A stretch of 64,000 nucleotides of DNA from an uncultured Actinomycetota bacterium (GTDB lineage Bacteria; Actinomycetota; Actinomycetes; CAVWCF01), in the NCBI GenBank assembly GCA_963753435.1, contig CAVWCF010000001.1, forward strand, positions 1,440,001 to 1,504,000, written 5' to 3'. The position numbers and the translations under genes are program-made. The notes beneath the pieces are model-generated. The model saw only the letters and a list, made by a program, of their open reading frames with translations, made no database searches and was not told the DNA's origin. Each line of letters starts with the position of its first letter. The first letter of the stretch is position 1. This document shows positions 28,304 to 38,029 of this stretch, piece by piece.

Positions 28304-29925
28304 GCGATCAGCAACCCACGGCTCACCCCCGCGCTGCGTTGCTGCGGCCGCGCGGTGGCATCGGCGAGCCGGCGGATCTGCGGGCAACGCTGCGCCGACT
28401 CGTCGAGACCGCCACTCGACTGGTGCACGCCCGCTACGGGGCGATCGCGATCCGCGCCGGGGACGGGGAGATTGTTGAGTTCGTTCACGTCGGGATGCCC
28501 GAAGCGACCGTCGAGCAGATGGATCACCCACCGCGCGGACATGGGGTGCTGTCGGATCGATTGCTGCATGAGGGCGGGTCACTTCGCCTGGCCGACCTGA
28601 CCCTGTCGCCGGAGTCGGAGGGCTTCCCCGAGCACCACCCGGTGATGCGTTCGTTCCTCGGTGTGCCGGTTCGAGTCCGCGGTCAGATGTACGGGTCGCT
28701 GTACTTCACGCATTCGGCGTCCGGCGTGTTCACCGCCGAGGACGAAGACATCGTGCGGGCCTTGTCGCTGGCGGCCACCGCAGTGGTGGAGAACGCGCAG
28801 TTGTTCGAGATGGCGCGGTTGCGGGAGGCGTGGCTACGCGCCCTTGCCGAAGTCACCGAGGCAGCCCTGTCCGGTCAGGACCGCGGCGCGGTCCTGGACC
28901 TGTTGGCCGAACGTGCCCACGAGGTCTCCGGCTGTGACCTCGCGTTCGTGACGCTTCCCGAGAAGTCGGGGGTGCTGATCGTTCGTCATGCCTTCGGACG
29001 GCGGAGCGAGGAGTTCATCGGGACACCGATGGCAGCAGCCGCGGCCGTTTCGATGGCGCATGATTCCGGCCACTCCACCATCGTTGAGGATCTGCACGCC
29101 GCCGACGTGCCGTCGGTCTTTCGCACTCACTTCGGCGCGCTGTTGGCCGTCCCGCTGCTGGCGGAGGGTCGGCACCTGGGCGTGCTGGGGCTGCTTTGGG
29201 ATGAGCCGCGGGTGTTCGCCGCTGAGGAGCTGCAGGCGTCGGAGGACTTCGCCAACTCCGCCACCCTGGCGGTGCTGCTGGCACAGGCCCAGTCCGAGCG
29301 GGAACGGTTGGCCGTTCTGGAGGACCGCGACCGCATCGCCCGAGATCTGCACGACTTGGTAATCCAACGCCTCTTTGCCACCGGGATGATGCTGACCGGC
29401 GCTACCCGCGCGACGGATGTGCCGGAAGCCGCGCGAAGCAAGGTGTCGGAGGTGGTCGACGAGTTGGACGCAACCATTCAGGAGGTGCGCCAAGCCATCT
29501 TCGCTCTGCGCGAGTCCGGCTCGGACCGACCGACCGGATTGCGCGGACGCGTGCTGCGGGAGGTGCAGTCGGCTACCACGGTCCTGGGATTCGCCCCGGT
29601 GCTGCACTTCGGCGGCGCGGTTGATTCGCTCGTTCCCGACGACGTCGCCGATGACCTGCTCGCGGCGCTGCGGGAAGCGCTCAGCAACGTTGGCCGGCAC
29701 GCCGAAGCGACCTGGACGCAGGTAACGGTGACCGTGGGCGATAGCGAGGTTGTGCTCAGCGTCTCCGACGACGGCAAAGGCCTCGGCAGCACGGATCGCC
29801 GGTCGGGTTTGGCCAACCTGGCCGACCGGGCGAGCCGCCACGGGGGAGTTTTCGACATTGCCGCGACCGAGCCGTCGACCGGCCGCGGCACGCGAATCAC
29901 GTGGCGCGCACCGCTGGCCCGCTAG
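28300..29925 (+). CDS. DosS/DosT-like GAF-GAF histidine kinase
   Basis: ARYGAI, GFPEHHPVMRSFLGVP (heme His region), DRDRIARDLHDLVIQRLFA, REALSNVGRHA; GTG overlaps the cydC stop. Confidence 0.9.
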   Translation: MSDQQPTAHPRAALLRPRGGIGEPADLRATLRRLVETATRLVHARYGAIAIRAGDGEIVEFVHVGMPEATVEQMDHPPRGHGVLSDRLLHEGGSLRLADLTLSPESEGFPEHHPVMRSFLGVPVRVRGQMYGSLYFTHSASGVFTAEDEDIVRALSLAATAVVENAQLFEMARLREAWLRALAEVTEAALSGQDRGAVLDLLAERAHEVSGCDLAFVTLPEKSGVLIVRHAFGRRSEEFIGTPMAAAAAVSMAHDSGHSTIVEDLHAADVPSVFRTHFGALLAVPLLAEGRHLGVLGLLWDEPRVFAAEELQASEDFANSATLAVLLAQAQSERERLAVLEDRDRIARDLHDLVIQRLFATGMMLTGATRATDVPEAARSKVSEVVDELDATIQEVRQAIFALRESGSDRPTGLRGRVLREVQSATTVLGFAPVLHFGGAVDSLVPDDVADDLLAALREALSNVGRHAEATWTQVTVTVGDSEVVLSVSDDGKGLGSTDRRSGLANLADRASRHGGVFDIAATEPSTGRGTRITWRAPLAR

Positions 29926-29938
29926 CGCAAGCCCCTAT

Positions 29939-30589
29939 TCAGACCTCGCCGCGTTCCTCCAGGCGCACGACGAACGCCGCCGCCTGCGTGCGCCGCTCCA
30001 TGCCGAGTTTGGCGAGCAGGCTGGAGACGTAGTTCTTCACGGTCTTCTCCGCCAGGTGCAGGCGCTCGCCGATCTGCCGGTTGGTCAGACCCTCGCCGAT
30101 CAACTCCAGGATCTTGCGCTCCTGGTCGGTGAGGCTGTCCAGCCTCGGATCGTGCTTCGTCCCGCCGCGGAGCCGCTCCAGTACCCGGGAGGTGGCCCCG
30201 GGATCGAGCAGCGACCTGCCGGCTGCGACTGAGCGGATGGCCTCGATCAGGTCCTGACCGCGAATGTCTTTGAGTACGTAGCCGGCAGCCCCGGCCATGA
30301 TCGCGTCGAAGAGCGCCTCATCGTCGGCGAACGACGTCAGCATCAGGCTGCGCGTCTCGGGGGAGGTGTCCTTGATGTCCCGGCAGACCTCGACGCCGGA
30401 ACCGTCGGGAAGTCGCACATCCAGCACCGCTACGTCCGGCTTGGTGAGCGGGATGCGGGTGCGGGCCTCGTCTGCGGTGCTGGCCTCGCCGACGACCTCA
30501 AGGTCGCCTTCCATGGTCAGCAACTCGTGCAGGCCCCGCCGGACCACTTCGTGGTCATCCAGCAGGAACACGCGGATCGGGGTTGTCAT
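29939..30589 (-). CDS. DosR/DevR-like response regulator
   Basis: VFLLDDHEVVRRG, LDVRLPDGSG, AEKTVKNYVSSLLAKLGMERRTQAA. Confidence 0.92.
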   Translation of the reverse strand: MTTPIRVFLLDDHEVVRRGLHELLTMEGDLEVVGEASTADEARTRIPLTKPDVAVLDVRLPDGSGVEVCRDIKDTSPETRSLMLTSFADDEALFDAIMAGAAGYVLKDIRGQDLIEAIRSVAAGRSLLDPGATSRVLERLRGGTKHDPRLDSLTDQERKILELIGEGLTNRQIGERLHLAEKTVKNYVSSLLAKLGMERRTQAAAFVVRLEERGEV

Positions 30590-31824
30590 CGGTCCTCCGA
30601 CTCAGCAGCCGCCTTGGCGATGTCCGAACGGTAGTGCGCGCCAGCGAAGCGCACCGCGTCGACTCGGCGGTATGCGACATCTCGAGCCTGATCCAGGGTC
30701 GGCCCGGTCCCAAGAACGGACACAACCCGGCCGCCGGCGGTCACTAGTCGGCCCTCGGCGTCGTGTGCGGTCCCGGCGTGCAGCACCCAGTCTTGATCCG
30801 CGCCGGTGATCACTTCACCCACGCGTGGCGATGCCGGGTACCCGTCGGCGGCCAACACCACGACTACGGCCGCCTCGGGCGACCAGCGCAGCGGGTCGAC
30901 GGTGCCCAAGGAGCCGGTCGCCGCGGCGTGCAGGAGTTGGCCGAGCGGGGTCTCCAGTCGCTCCAGCACCACCTGCGTCTCCGGGTCGCCGAAGCGGGCG
31001 TTGAACTCCACGACACGCAGTCCGCGCGTGGTCAACGCCAGGCCGACGTACAGGAGGCCGGCGAATGGTGTGCCCCGAGCCGCCATCTCATCGATCGTCG
31101 GCTGCGCGACGCGCGCGACCACGTCGTCGACCAGCCCGGCCGGTGCCCACGGCAGTGGTGAATACGCCCCCATGCCGCCGGTGTTGGGACCGGTATCGCC
31201 GTCACCGGCGCGCTTGAAGTCCTGCGCCGGCTGCAGCGGCAGGACGGTCTTGCCGTCCGTGACGCAGAACAGGGATACCTCCGGGCCGTCCAGGTACTCC
31301 TCGATCACCACGCGACCGCAGGCGACGGCGTGCCCAAGCGCCACCTCCCGGTCCTCGGTGACAACCACACCTTTGCCCGCAGCCAGACCATCGTCCTTGA
31401 CGACGTACGGGGAGCCGAACTGGTCCAGGGCGTCCGCGGCCTCATCGGCCGTGGTGCACAGCCGGGCCATAGCCGTTGGCACGTCGGCTGCGGCCATTAC
31501 TTCCTTCGCGAACGCCTTGCTTCCTTCCAACGCCGCGGCTGCGGCGTCCGGGCCGAAGCAGGCGATGCCCCTGGCTCGAACCGCATCGGCGGCGCCGGCG
31601 ACCAGCGGCACCTCCGGGCCGATGACGACAAGATCTACTTGGCGGTCCACGGCCAGCCCGGCGATCGCGGCCGGGTCGTCGACGGCTACCGGCAGCTGCT
31701 CGGCGATCGCGGCGATACCGGGATTGCCGGGGGCACACATGAGCGCGGTGACCTCGGGATCACGTGCCAGGGCCCGGCACAGGGCATGTTCACGGGCACC
31801 GGAGCCGATTACCAGGACGCGCAC
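30586..31824 (-). CDS. purD: Phosphoribosylamine-glycine ligase
   Basis: GSGAREHAL, LEGSKAFAK, DGLAAGKGV, GPNTGGMGAYSP, EFNARFGDPE. Confidence 0.97.
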   Translation of the reverse strand: MRVLVIGSGAREHALCRALARDPEVTALMCAPGNPGIAAIAEQLPVAVDDPAAIAGLAVDRQVDLVVIGPEVPLVAGAADAVRARGIACFGPDAAAAALEGSKAFAKEVMAAADVPTAMARLCTTADEAADALDQFGSPYVVKDDGLAAGKGVVVTEDREVALGHAVACGRVVIEEYLDGPEVSLFCVTDGKTVLPLQPAQDFKRAGDGDTGPNTGGMGAYSPLPWAPAGLVDDVVARVAQPTIDEMAARGTPFAGLLYVGLALTTRGLRVVEFNARFGDPETQVVLERLETPLGQLLHAAATGSLGTVDPLRWSPEAAVVVVLAADGYPASPRVGEVITGADQDWVLHAGTAHDAEGRLVTAGGRVVSVLGTGPTLDQARDVAYRRVDAVRFAGAHYRSDIAKAAAESEDR

Positions 31825-31851
31825 GGACGGCAGGCTAGACGTGGGCGCTGG

Positions 31852-33201
31852 CTAGCCGGCGTAGTGGGCGTCGGCGGCCGTCAACGCCTCGTCGAGTATC
31901 GCCAGCCCTTCCTTGGCTTCGGCTTCGGTGACGGTGCACGGTGGGACCACGTGCAGCCGGTTGAAGTTGGTGAACGGCAGCAGTCCACGGATCTTGCAGC
32001 CGGCTACCAAGTCGTTCATGGCCGGGCTGGTGCCGCCGTAGGGGGCCAATGGTTCGCGGGTCTCGCGGTTGCTCACCAGGTCCAGCGCCCAGAAGACGCC
32101 TAGGCCGCGAACCTCGCCGATCACCGGGTGGCGCTCAGCCAACTCCGTCAGCCCGGGCCCAAGGACGTCGGCGCCGATTTGTGCGGCGTTCTCGATGATC
32201 GCCTCCTCGCGCATCGCGTCGATGCTGGCGACCACCGACGCGCACGCCAGCGGGTGCCCGGAGTAGGTCAGGCCGCCGGGGAACACCCGGTCGTCAAAGG
32301 TGGCGGCGATCGGATCGGAGATGACCACGCCGCCGATGGGCACGTAGCCGGAGTTGGACCCCTTGGCGAACGTGATCAGGTCCGGCGTGACGTCGAAGTG
32401 CTCGAAGGCCCACCAGGCGCCGGTCCGGCCGAACCCGGCCATCACCTCGTCCAGGATCAGCACGATCCCGTGCTCGTCGCACAGTCGCCGGACCCCAGGC
32501 AGGTAACCGGGTGGGGGTATCAGCACACCGGCGGTACCGACCACCGACTCGATGAGGATCGCTGCGATGGTGCCGGGACCTTCGAAGCGGATCACCTGCT
32601 CAAGGTGCTCCAACGCCCGCTGGCTCTCTTGCTCCGCGGACTCCGCCCAGAACGCGGACCGGTACAGGTACGGACCGAAGAAATGCACGTGGCCGTCGGC
32701 GTATTCGTTGGGCCACCGCCGTGGGTCCCCGGTGGCGACGATCGCCGCGCCGGTGTTGCCGTGGTAGCTGCGGTAGAACGACAGCACTTTGTCCCGGCCG
32801 GTGTGCAGTCTGGCCATGCGGACGGCGTTCTCGTTGGCATCGGCGCCGCCGTTGGTGAAGAAGACCTTGTTCAGCCCTTGAGGTGCGAGATCAGTGATCC
32901 GCTTTGCCGCTTCGCCGCGCACGTCGTTGGCGTGCTGCGGGGCGATTGTCGCCATCCGGGCCGCCTGCTCCTGGATGGCGGCGACCACCTTGGGGTGCTG
33001 ATGGCCGATGTTGGTGTTGACCAACTGGCTGGAGAAGTCCAGGAATCGGTTGCCGTCGTAGTCCCAGACGTAGCTGCCCGCACTGGCCGCAATCGGCAGT
33101 GGGTTCAGCGTCGCCTGCGCGCTCCAGGAATGGAAGACGTGCGCCCGGTCCAGATCAAAGACCTCGCGGCCGCGTTCGGGGTTGGGGGTGGGAGCCACCA
33201 T
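31852..33201 (-). CDS. Class III PLP-dependent aminotransferase
   Basis: FHSWSAQ, SYHG, DEVMAGFGRTG, PDLITFAKG, GLTYSGHP. Confidence 0.9.
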   Translation of the reverse strand: MVAPTPNPERGREVFDLDRAHVFHSWSAQATLNPLPIAASAGSYVWDYDGNRFLDFSSQLVNTNIGHQHPKVVAAIQEQAARMATIAPQHANDVRGEAAKRITDLAPQGLNKVFFTNGGADANENAVRMARLHTGRDKVLSFYRSYHGNTGAAIVATGDPRRWPNEYADGHVHFFGPYLYRSAFWAESAEQESQRALEHLEQVIRFEGPGTIAAILIESVVGTAGVLIPPPGYLPGVRRLCDEHGIVLILDEVMAGFGRTGAWWAFEHFDVTPDLITFAKGSNSGYVPIGGVVISDPIAATFDDRVFPGGLTYSGHPLACASVVASIDAMREEAIIENAAQIGADVLGPGLTELAERHPVIGEVRGLGVFWALDLVSNRETREPLAPYGGTSPAMNDLVAGCKIRGLLPFTNFNRLHVVPPCTVTEAEAKEGLAILDEALTAADAHYAG

Positions 33202-33267
33202 CGCGCACTCCTGTCATCAACGGTGAATGGAGACTACGACCGCCGGGGCTTTGCCGGCAGCGTTGCG

Positions 33268-34551
33268 TCAGATCAGGTCGCGAAGGACGATCGTTGCGGC
33301 CCGGTCCTGGCCGACGCCGACGGCGCTGATGGGCGCGCCGGAGACGTCGTTGAGGAACTGCACATAGTCGCGGGCCGCGGTCGGCAGGTCGGACACCTCG
33401 CGGGCCCCACTGACGTCCTCGGTCCAGCCCGGCAGCCACTCGTAGACGGGCTTGGCGTGGTGGAAGTCCGTCTGGGTCATCGGGATCTCATCGACCCGCT
33501 CGCCGTCCACCTCGTACGCCACGCACACCGGGATGCGCTCGAAGCCGGTCAGCACGTCGAGTTTGGTGATGACCAGGTCGGTGACCCCGTTGATGCGCGA
33601 GGAGTGACGCACGACTGGGGCGTCGTACCAACCGCACCGCCGCGGCCGGCCTGTGGTCGTGCCGAACTCCCCGCCGATCCGGCGCAGTCGCTCCCCGTCG
33701 TCGTCATGCAGCTCGGTCGGGAAGGGGCCCTCGCCAACACGCGTGGCGTACGCCTTGGCCACGGCGATGACCTTGCCGATCGCCGTCGGGGGCAAGCCGG
33801 ATCCGGTGCAGGCGCCACCGGCGGTTGCGTTGGAGCTCGTGACGAACGGGTACGTCCCGTGGTCCACGTCCAGCAGTGCCGCCTGCCCGCCTTCCAGCAA
33901 CACGTTCTTGCCGTCGGCAACGGCCCGGTTCAGCAGCAGCGCGGTGTCGGCGACCATGGGTCGCAGCCGCTCGGCGAAGGCGAGCAGCTCCTCGACCACC
34001 TCGTCCTCGGTGATCGCCCGCTGGTTGTAGACCTTGACCAGAACCTGGTTCTTCAAGGCCAAGGCACCCGCGACCTTGGCGTGCAGGATCTTCTCGTCGA
34101 AGAGGTCCTGAACCCGGATGCCGACGCGGTTCATCTTGTCCGCGTAGGTGGGCCCGATGCCGCGGCCGGTGGTGCCGATGCGCCTGCTGCCGAGGAAGCG
34201 CTCGGTGACCTTGTCGAGGGTCCGGTTGTACGGCGGGATGATGTGGGCGTTGGCGCTGATGAGCAGCCGGGAGGTGTCAACGCCGCGCTCGTTCAAGAGG
34301 TCGATCTCGGCGAACAGCACGGATAGGTCGACCACCACGCCGTTGCCGATTACCGGGGTGACGGTCGGCGTGAGGATGCCGGTCGGCAGTAGGTGCAGCG
34401 CGTATTTCTCGCCGTCGATGACGACCGTGTGTCCGGCGTTGTTGCCGCCGTTGAACCGGACTACGTAGTCGACGTGGGCGCCGAGGGCGTCGGTGGCCTT
34501 GCCCTTGCCTTCGTCGCCCCATTGGGCTCCGACCAGGACGATCGCGGGCAT
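33268..34551 (-). CDS. purA: Adenylosuccinate synthetase
   Basis: [38 protein letters not shown]. Confidence 0.98.
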   Translation of the reverse strand: MPAIVLVGAQWGDEGKGKATDALGAHVDYVVRFNGGNNAGHTVVIDGEKYALHLLPTGILTPTVTPVIGNGVVVDLSVLFAEIDLLNERGVDTSRLLISANAHIIPPYNRTLDKVTERFLGSRRIGTTGRGIGPTYADKMNRVGIRVQDLFDEKILHAKVAGALALKNQVLVKVYNQRAITEDEVVEELLAFAERLRPMVADTALLLNRAVADGKNVLLEGGQAALLDVDHGTYPFVTSSNATAGGACTGSGLPPTAIGKVIAVAKAYATRVGEGPFPTELHDDDGERLRRIGGEFGTTTGRPRRCGWYDAPVVRHSSRINGVTDLVITKLDVLTGFERIPVCVAYEVDGERVDEIPMTQTDFHHAKPVYEWLPGWTEDVSGAREVSDLPTAARDYVQFLNDVSGAPISAVGVGQDRAATIVLRDLI

Positions 34552-34606
34552 TCACGCTCCAGTGATTGGGACTGGCGGAGGCTACCGGGTGTCCGGCGGT
34601 CGCCGG

Positions 34607-35584
34607 TCAGGTGAACAGGCGAACCAGTGCGCGGCCCAGAGCACGACCGGACAGGTACGCCGCTTCGATGCGGCCGCCGCCGTGCCAACCGTCCCCGGCC
34701 AGACCGATTCGGTCAGTGGCCAGGTGGAACGGTTCAGTCGAGACGTCGATGGGCTTGGCGAGGGACCAACGCTTGATGTGTACCTGGGTCGGCTGCAGTT
34801 GCGGCGGGATGCCCAGAACCGCCGCCTGCTCGGCCAGCATCGCGGGGATGGCGCGCTCGGGGTCGTTCAGGTGGGCGGCGGCCAGGACCGGATGGGCGTG
34901 GGCCACCAGAACCGCGGCGTCGTCGCCGCGGCGCCGGCCGTCGTCCGCGATGAAGGTCAGCAGGGCGGAGTCGTTGACGAAGGCCCCGTCCAGCGTCGGC
35001 CAGGCTCGTTCGGGCCATTCCGAGATCAGCGCCAGCGTTGGTTCCCACCGGTGCCCGACGGCTGCTGCCGCGGGACTGTCCGCGGGCAGCAGGTCCACCG
35101 CCTGTGGTCCCGGCATGGCCAACGCCACTGCCGCGGCAGGTTGACCGTCGATCTGCCAATGCTCGCCGTCGCGAGCGATCTGCTCCACCTCGGTTGGGTG
35201 CTCTGTCGCCAGGCCCGCCGCCAGGTCTTCCACCAGCGAACGCAGGCCCTGTCCCGCGGCGTAACGCATCGGTCCGACTTTGGGTCCGCTGATCCCATCC
35301 GGGGTGGCGACGGCGAAGGTGTCGGTCCACTCCCGCGCCAGACCGCGCTCCAGCCAGTCCGTGGTCACTGCTCGGAAGGCGTCAGTGCGAGCCGTGAAGT
35401 AGCTGGCGCCAACGTCCACAGCGCGGTCACGTCCGTCCTGGTCAGGCAGCGTCCGCACCGCCATGCGCCCGCCCAGCCGGTGCCCGCGATCCAGCAGCCG
35501 ATAGTCCAGATCGGCTTCGGCCAACTCGCCGGCACAGGCGACGCCGGCGATGCCCGCGCCGATCACCACAATCGGATCAGGCAA
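34607..35584 (-). CDS. Renalase-like NAD(P)/FAD-dependent oxidoreductase
   Basis: IGAGIAG, GGRMA, DVGASYFT, GLAGD..GGRIEAAYLSG; start inferred at TTG overlapping the methyltransferase stop. Confidence 0.85.
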   Translation of the reverse strand: MPDPIVVIGAGIAGVACAGELAEADLDYRLLDRGHRLGGRMAVRTLPDQDGRDRAVDVGASYFTARTDAFRAVTTDWLERGLAREWTDTFAVATPDGISGPKVGPMRYAAGQGLRSLVEDLAAGLATEHPTEVEQIARDGEHWQIDGQPAAAVALAMPGPQAVDLLPADSPAAAAVGHRWEPTLALISEWPERAWPTLDGAFVNDSALLTFIADDGRRRGDDAAVLVAHAHPVLAAAHLNDPERAIPAMLAEQAAVLGIPPQLQPTQVHIKRWSLAKPIDVSTEPFHLATDRIGLAGDGWHGGGRIEAAYLSGRALGRALVRLFT

Positions 35585-36227
35585 TTGCTTCGCCCTTTCG
35601 CCCCGGATCCACGTCGGCATGCTGGCGGATCCAACTGTGCATTGCGATCGCGGCCGCTGCCCCGGCGTTGATTGAACGCGTCGAGCCGAACTGCGCGATG
35701 GAGAGCACTGAGGTCACTGAGTCGCGCATCTGCTGCGACAGCCCGGGGCCCTCTTGCCCGAAGACGAGCACGCACGCTGCCGGCAGTTGCGCGGTCTCCA
35801 GCGGGATCGAACCGGGCAAGTTGTCCACCCCCAACAGGGGGAGTTGTTGGTCGGCTGCCCACGCAACGAACTGCGCAACGGTTTCGTGATGGTGCACGTG
35901 CTGGTACTTGTCGGTGACCATCGCCCCGCGGCGGTTCCACCGTCGTCGGCCCACGACGTGCACCGCGCTGGCGGCGAACGCGTTGGCGGTGCGCACCACC
36001 GATCCGATGTTGAGGTCGTGCTGGAAGTTCTCAATCGCCACATGGAACGGGTGCCGGCGCTGATCCAGGTCCGCGACGATCGCCGCCCGCGACCAGTATC
36101 GGTACCTGTCGACGACGTTTCGGCGATCCCCGTCGCGTAGCAACTCCGGGTCGAAGCGGGGGTCATCCGGCCAGTCGCCGGCCCACGGGCCGACGCCTAC
36201 CTCGGGCTCCTCGTCGGTTGTGGTCAT
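35577..36227 (-). CDS. TrmH/SpoU-family RNA methyltransferase
   Basis: NIGSVVRTANAF, FGQEGPG, STRSINAG. Confidence 0.92.
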   Translation of the reverse strand: MTTTDEEPEVGVGPWAGDWPDDPRFDPELLRDGDRRNVVDRYRYWSRAAIVADLDQRRHPFHVAIENFQHDLNIGSVVRTANAFAASAVHVVGRRRWNRRGAMVTDKYQHVHHHETVAQFVAWAADQQLPLLGVDNLPGSIPLETAQLPAACVLVFGQEGPGLSQQMRDSVTSVLSIAQFGSTRSINAGAAAAIAMHSWIRQHADVDPGRKGEAIA

Positions 36228-36262
36228 TGGGCTGACGGTACTTGCGCGCCTACGCTGCCGCC

Positions 36263-37180
36263 GTGGCTCGCGCGCTTATCGACATTGTCCGCGGCGCGCT
36301 CATCGGCATCGCCGAGGTCGTTCCGGGATTGAGCGGCGGCACGATCGCGCTGATCATCGGCCTGTACCGGACGCTGATCGAGTCCATCGCCGATGGGGTC
36401 GCGGCCGGCTTGCGGCTGATTCGCGGCGATGTGGCCGGGGCCAAGGACTTGCTGTCGCACATCCGGTGGCGGGTGCTGATTCCGGTCCTTGCCGGGATGG
36501 CGGTGGCGTTGGTCGCCGGTGCCGCGCTCCTGGAGCCGCTCATCGAGGACTACCCCGTGCAGAGTCGAGCGCTGTTCTTCGGCCTGGTTGCCATGGGTCT
36601 GGTGGTGCCGATTCGCATGACGGGACGCTGGCGGCGGGTCGATGTCGTGGTGGTGGTGGTAGCCGCCGCCGCGGCCGCTGTTCTTGTGGGTCTGCCACCG
36701 GGGACCGTGGCGGACCCCGGACCGCTGCAGATATTCGGAGCCGCTGCGGTCGCCGTTTGCGCGCTGGTTCTGCCCGGCGTTTCCGGATCGTTCCTGCTGG
36801 TTGACCTCGGCATGTACGAACCGACGATCGCGGCCGTGAACGATCGCGATCTCGGGTACCTGGCGATCTTCGCTGCCGGGATGGCCTTCGGATTGGCCGC
36901 CTTCGTCACTCTGCTTCGCTGGTTGCTGGAGAACCGTCGCCACATCACCCTGGTCGTGCTGACGGGGGTGATGGCCGGGTCGCTGCGAGCCCTCTGGCCT
37001 TGGCAGACCGATGACCGCGAGTTGTTGGCTCCCGACGGGGACGTCGTGTCAGTACTCGGCTTCGCCGTCCTCGGCGCCGTGATTGTTCTAGGTCTGCTGG
37101 CCGCCGAGTCGCGCTTGGCCCGACTCCTGGACGACCCGGCGCTGGTCCCGGCCGCGGATCCGGACGAGCGCAACCTGTGA
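36263..37180 (+). CDS. DUF368-family membrane protein
   Basis: GIAEVVPGLSGGTIAL, LPGVSGSFLL, GSLRALWPWQ; TACGCT-N6-GTG start. Confidence 0.88.
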   Translation: MARALIDIVRGALIGIAEVVPGLSGGTIALIIGLYRTLIESIADGVAAGLRLIRGDVAGAKDLLSHIRWRVLIPVLAGMAVALVAGAALLEPLIEDYPVQSRALFFGLVAMGLVVPIRMTGRWRRVDVVVVVVAAAAAAVLVGLPPGTVADPGPLQIFGAAAVAVCALVLPGVSGSFLLVDLGMYEPTIAAVNDRDLGYLAIFAAGMAFGLAAFVTLLRWLLENRRHITLVVLTGVMAGSLRALWPWQTDDRELLAPDGDVVSVLGFAVLGAVIVLGLLAAESRLARLLDDPALVPAADPDERNL

Positions 37181-37267
37181 CAGTTGCCTGCGCCCGGTCC
37201 TCGGTGCGTGGGCGGCGCTAGGGTGAGTTCGACCTGATTGCGCCTGTTGGCTCGAGGGGGAGTCCCG

Positions 37268-38029
37268 TTGCCTGCCAGCGACCTGCCCGCTCCGCCACCC
37301 CTGGATCAGGTGGACCATGCGGCCTTGTTCCTGGACGTGGACGGGACGTTGCTGGAGTTCGCCGACCACCCGGACCTGGTGCAGGCCCCCGAGGGACTTG
37401 TCAGTGACCTGCAGGCGCTGGAGCAGAAACTCGGCGGTGCCCTGGCCGTCCTGTCCGGGCGAACTCTCCGCGACCTGGACCGCATCCTGGGCGGCTACCG
37501 ACCAGCGGCGGCGGGCGTGCACGGAGCGCAACTGCGCACCGGCGCCGGTGATCGAGTCATGCAGGTTGACGCCGACTCCCTTACCGCGCTGGCCGACGCC
37601 GCCGAAGCCCGGCTAGGCGATGACCCCAAGGTGCTGATCGAGCGCAAACCCGTCGCCGTGGCGGTGCACTTTCGCCACGCGCCGGAGCGCGGCGCGGAGA
37701 TCCGCCGACTGCTCGTCGACCTCGCTCTTGAGCATGTCGGGGCCTTCGACGTGCGGCCGGGGGTGCTGGTGGAGGAGGTCCGGCCCGCCGGCGCCGACAA
37801 GGGCCAGGCCATGGCGACCCTGCTAGCGGAGGATCCCTTCCGCGGGCGCACGCCGCTGGTCGTCGGCGACGACTTGACCGACGAGGACGCATTCGCCGAA
37901 GCCATCAGCCGCGGCGGGCTCGCGGTGCTGGTCGGCGACCGCTGGCCCTCGGCCGCGACCCACCGACTCGCCACGCCGGTGCAGGTCCGCAACTGGTTGG
38001 CGCGCGCAGCTGCCGGGGTGAGCCCGTGA
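37268..38029 (+). CDS. otsB: Trehalose-6-phosphate phosphatase
   Basis: LFLDVDGTL, LSGR, GVHGAQ, DKG, GDDLTDED HAD motifs; TTG start after GAGGGGGAG (37238 is an alternative start). Confidence 0.9.
   Translation: MPASDLPAPPPLDQVDHAALFLDVDGTLLEFADHPDLVQAPEGLVSDLQALEQKLGGALAVLSGRTLRDLDRILGGYRPAAAGVHGAQLRTGAGDRVMQVDADSLTALADAAEARLGDDPKVLIERKPVAVAVHFRHAPERGAEIRRLLVDLALEHVGAFDVRPGVLVEEVRPAGADKGQAMATLLAEDPFRGRTPLVVGDDLTDEDAFAEAISRGGLAVLVGDRWPSAATHRLATPVQVRNWLARAAAGVSP

Noticed and set aside
32128-34326. 732-aa plus-strand ORF
   Set aside because: Antisense shadow of purA and the aminotransferase, caused by high-GC codon bias; no recognisable motifs
34552-34606. Purine-sensing riboswitch upstream of purA
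   Set aside because: Leader is very short and shows no recognisable aptamer
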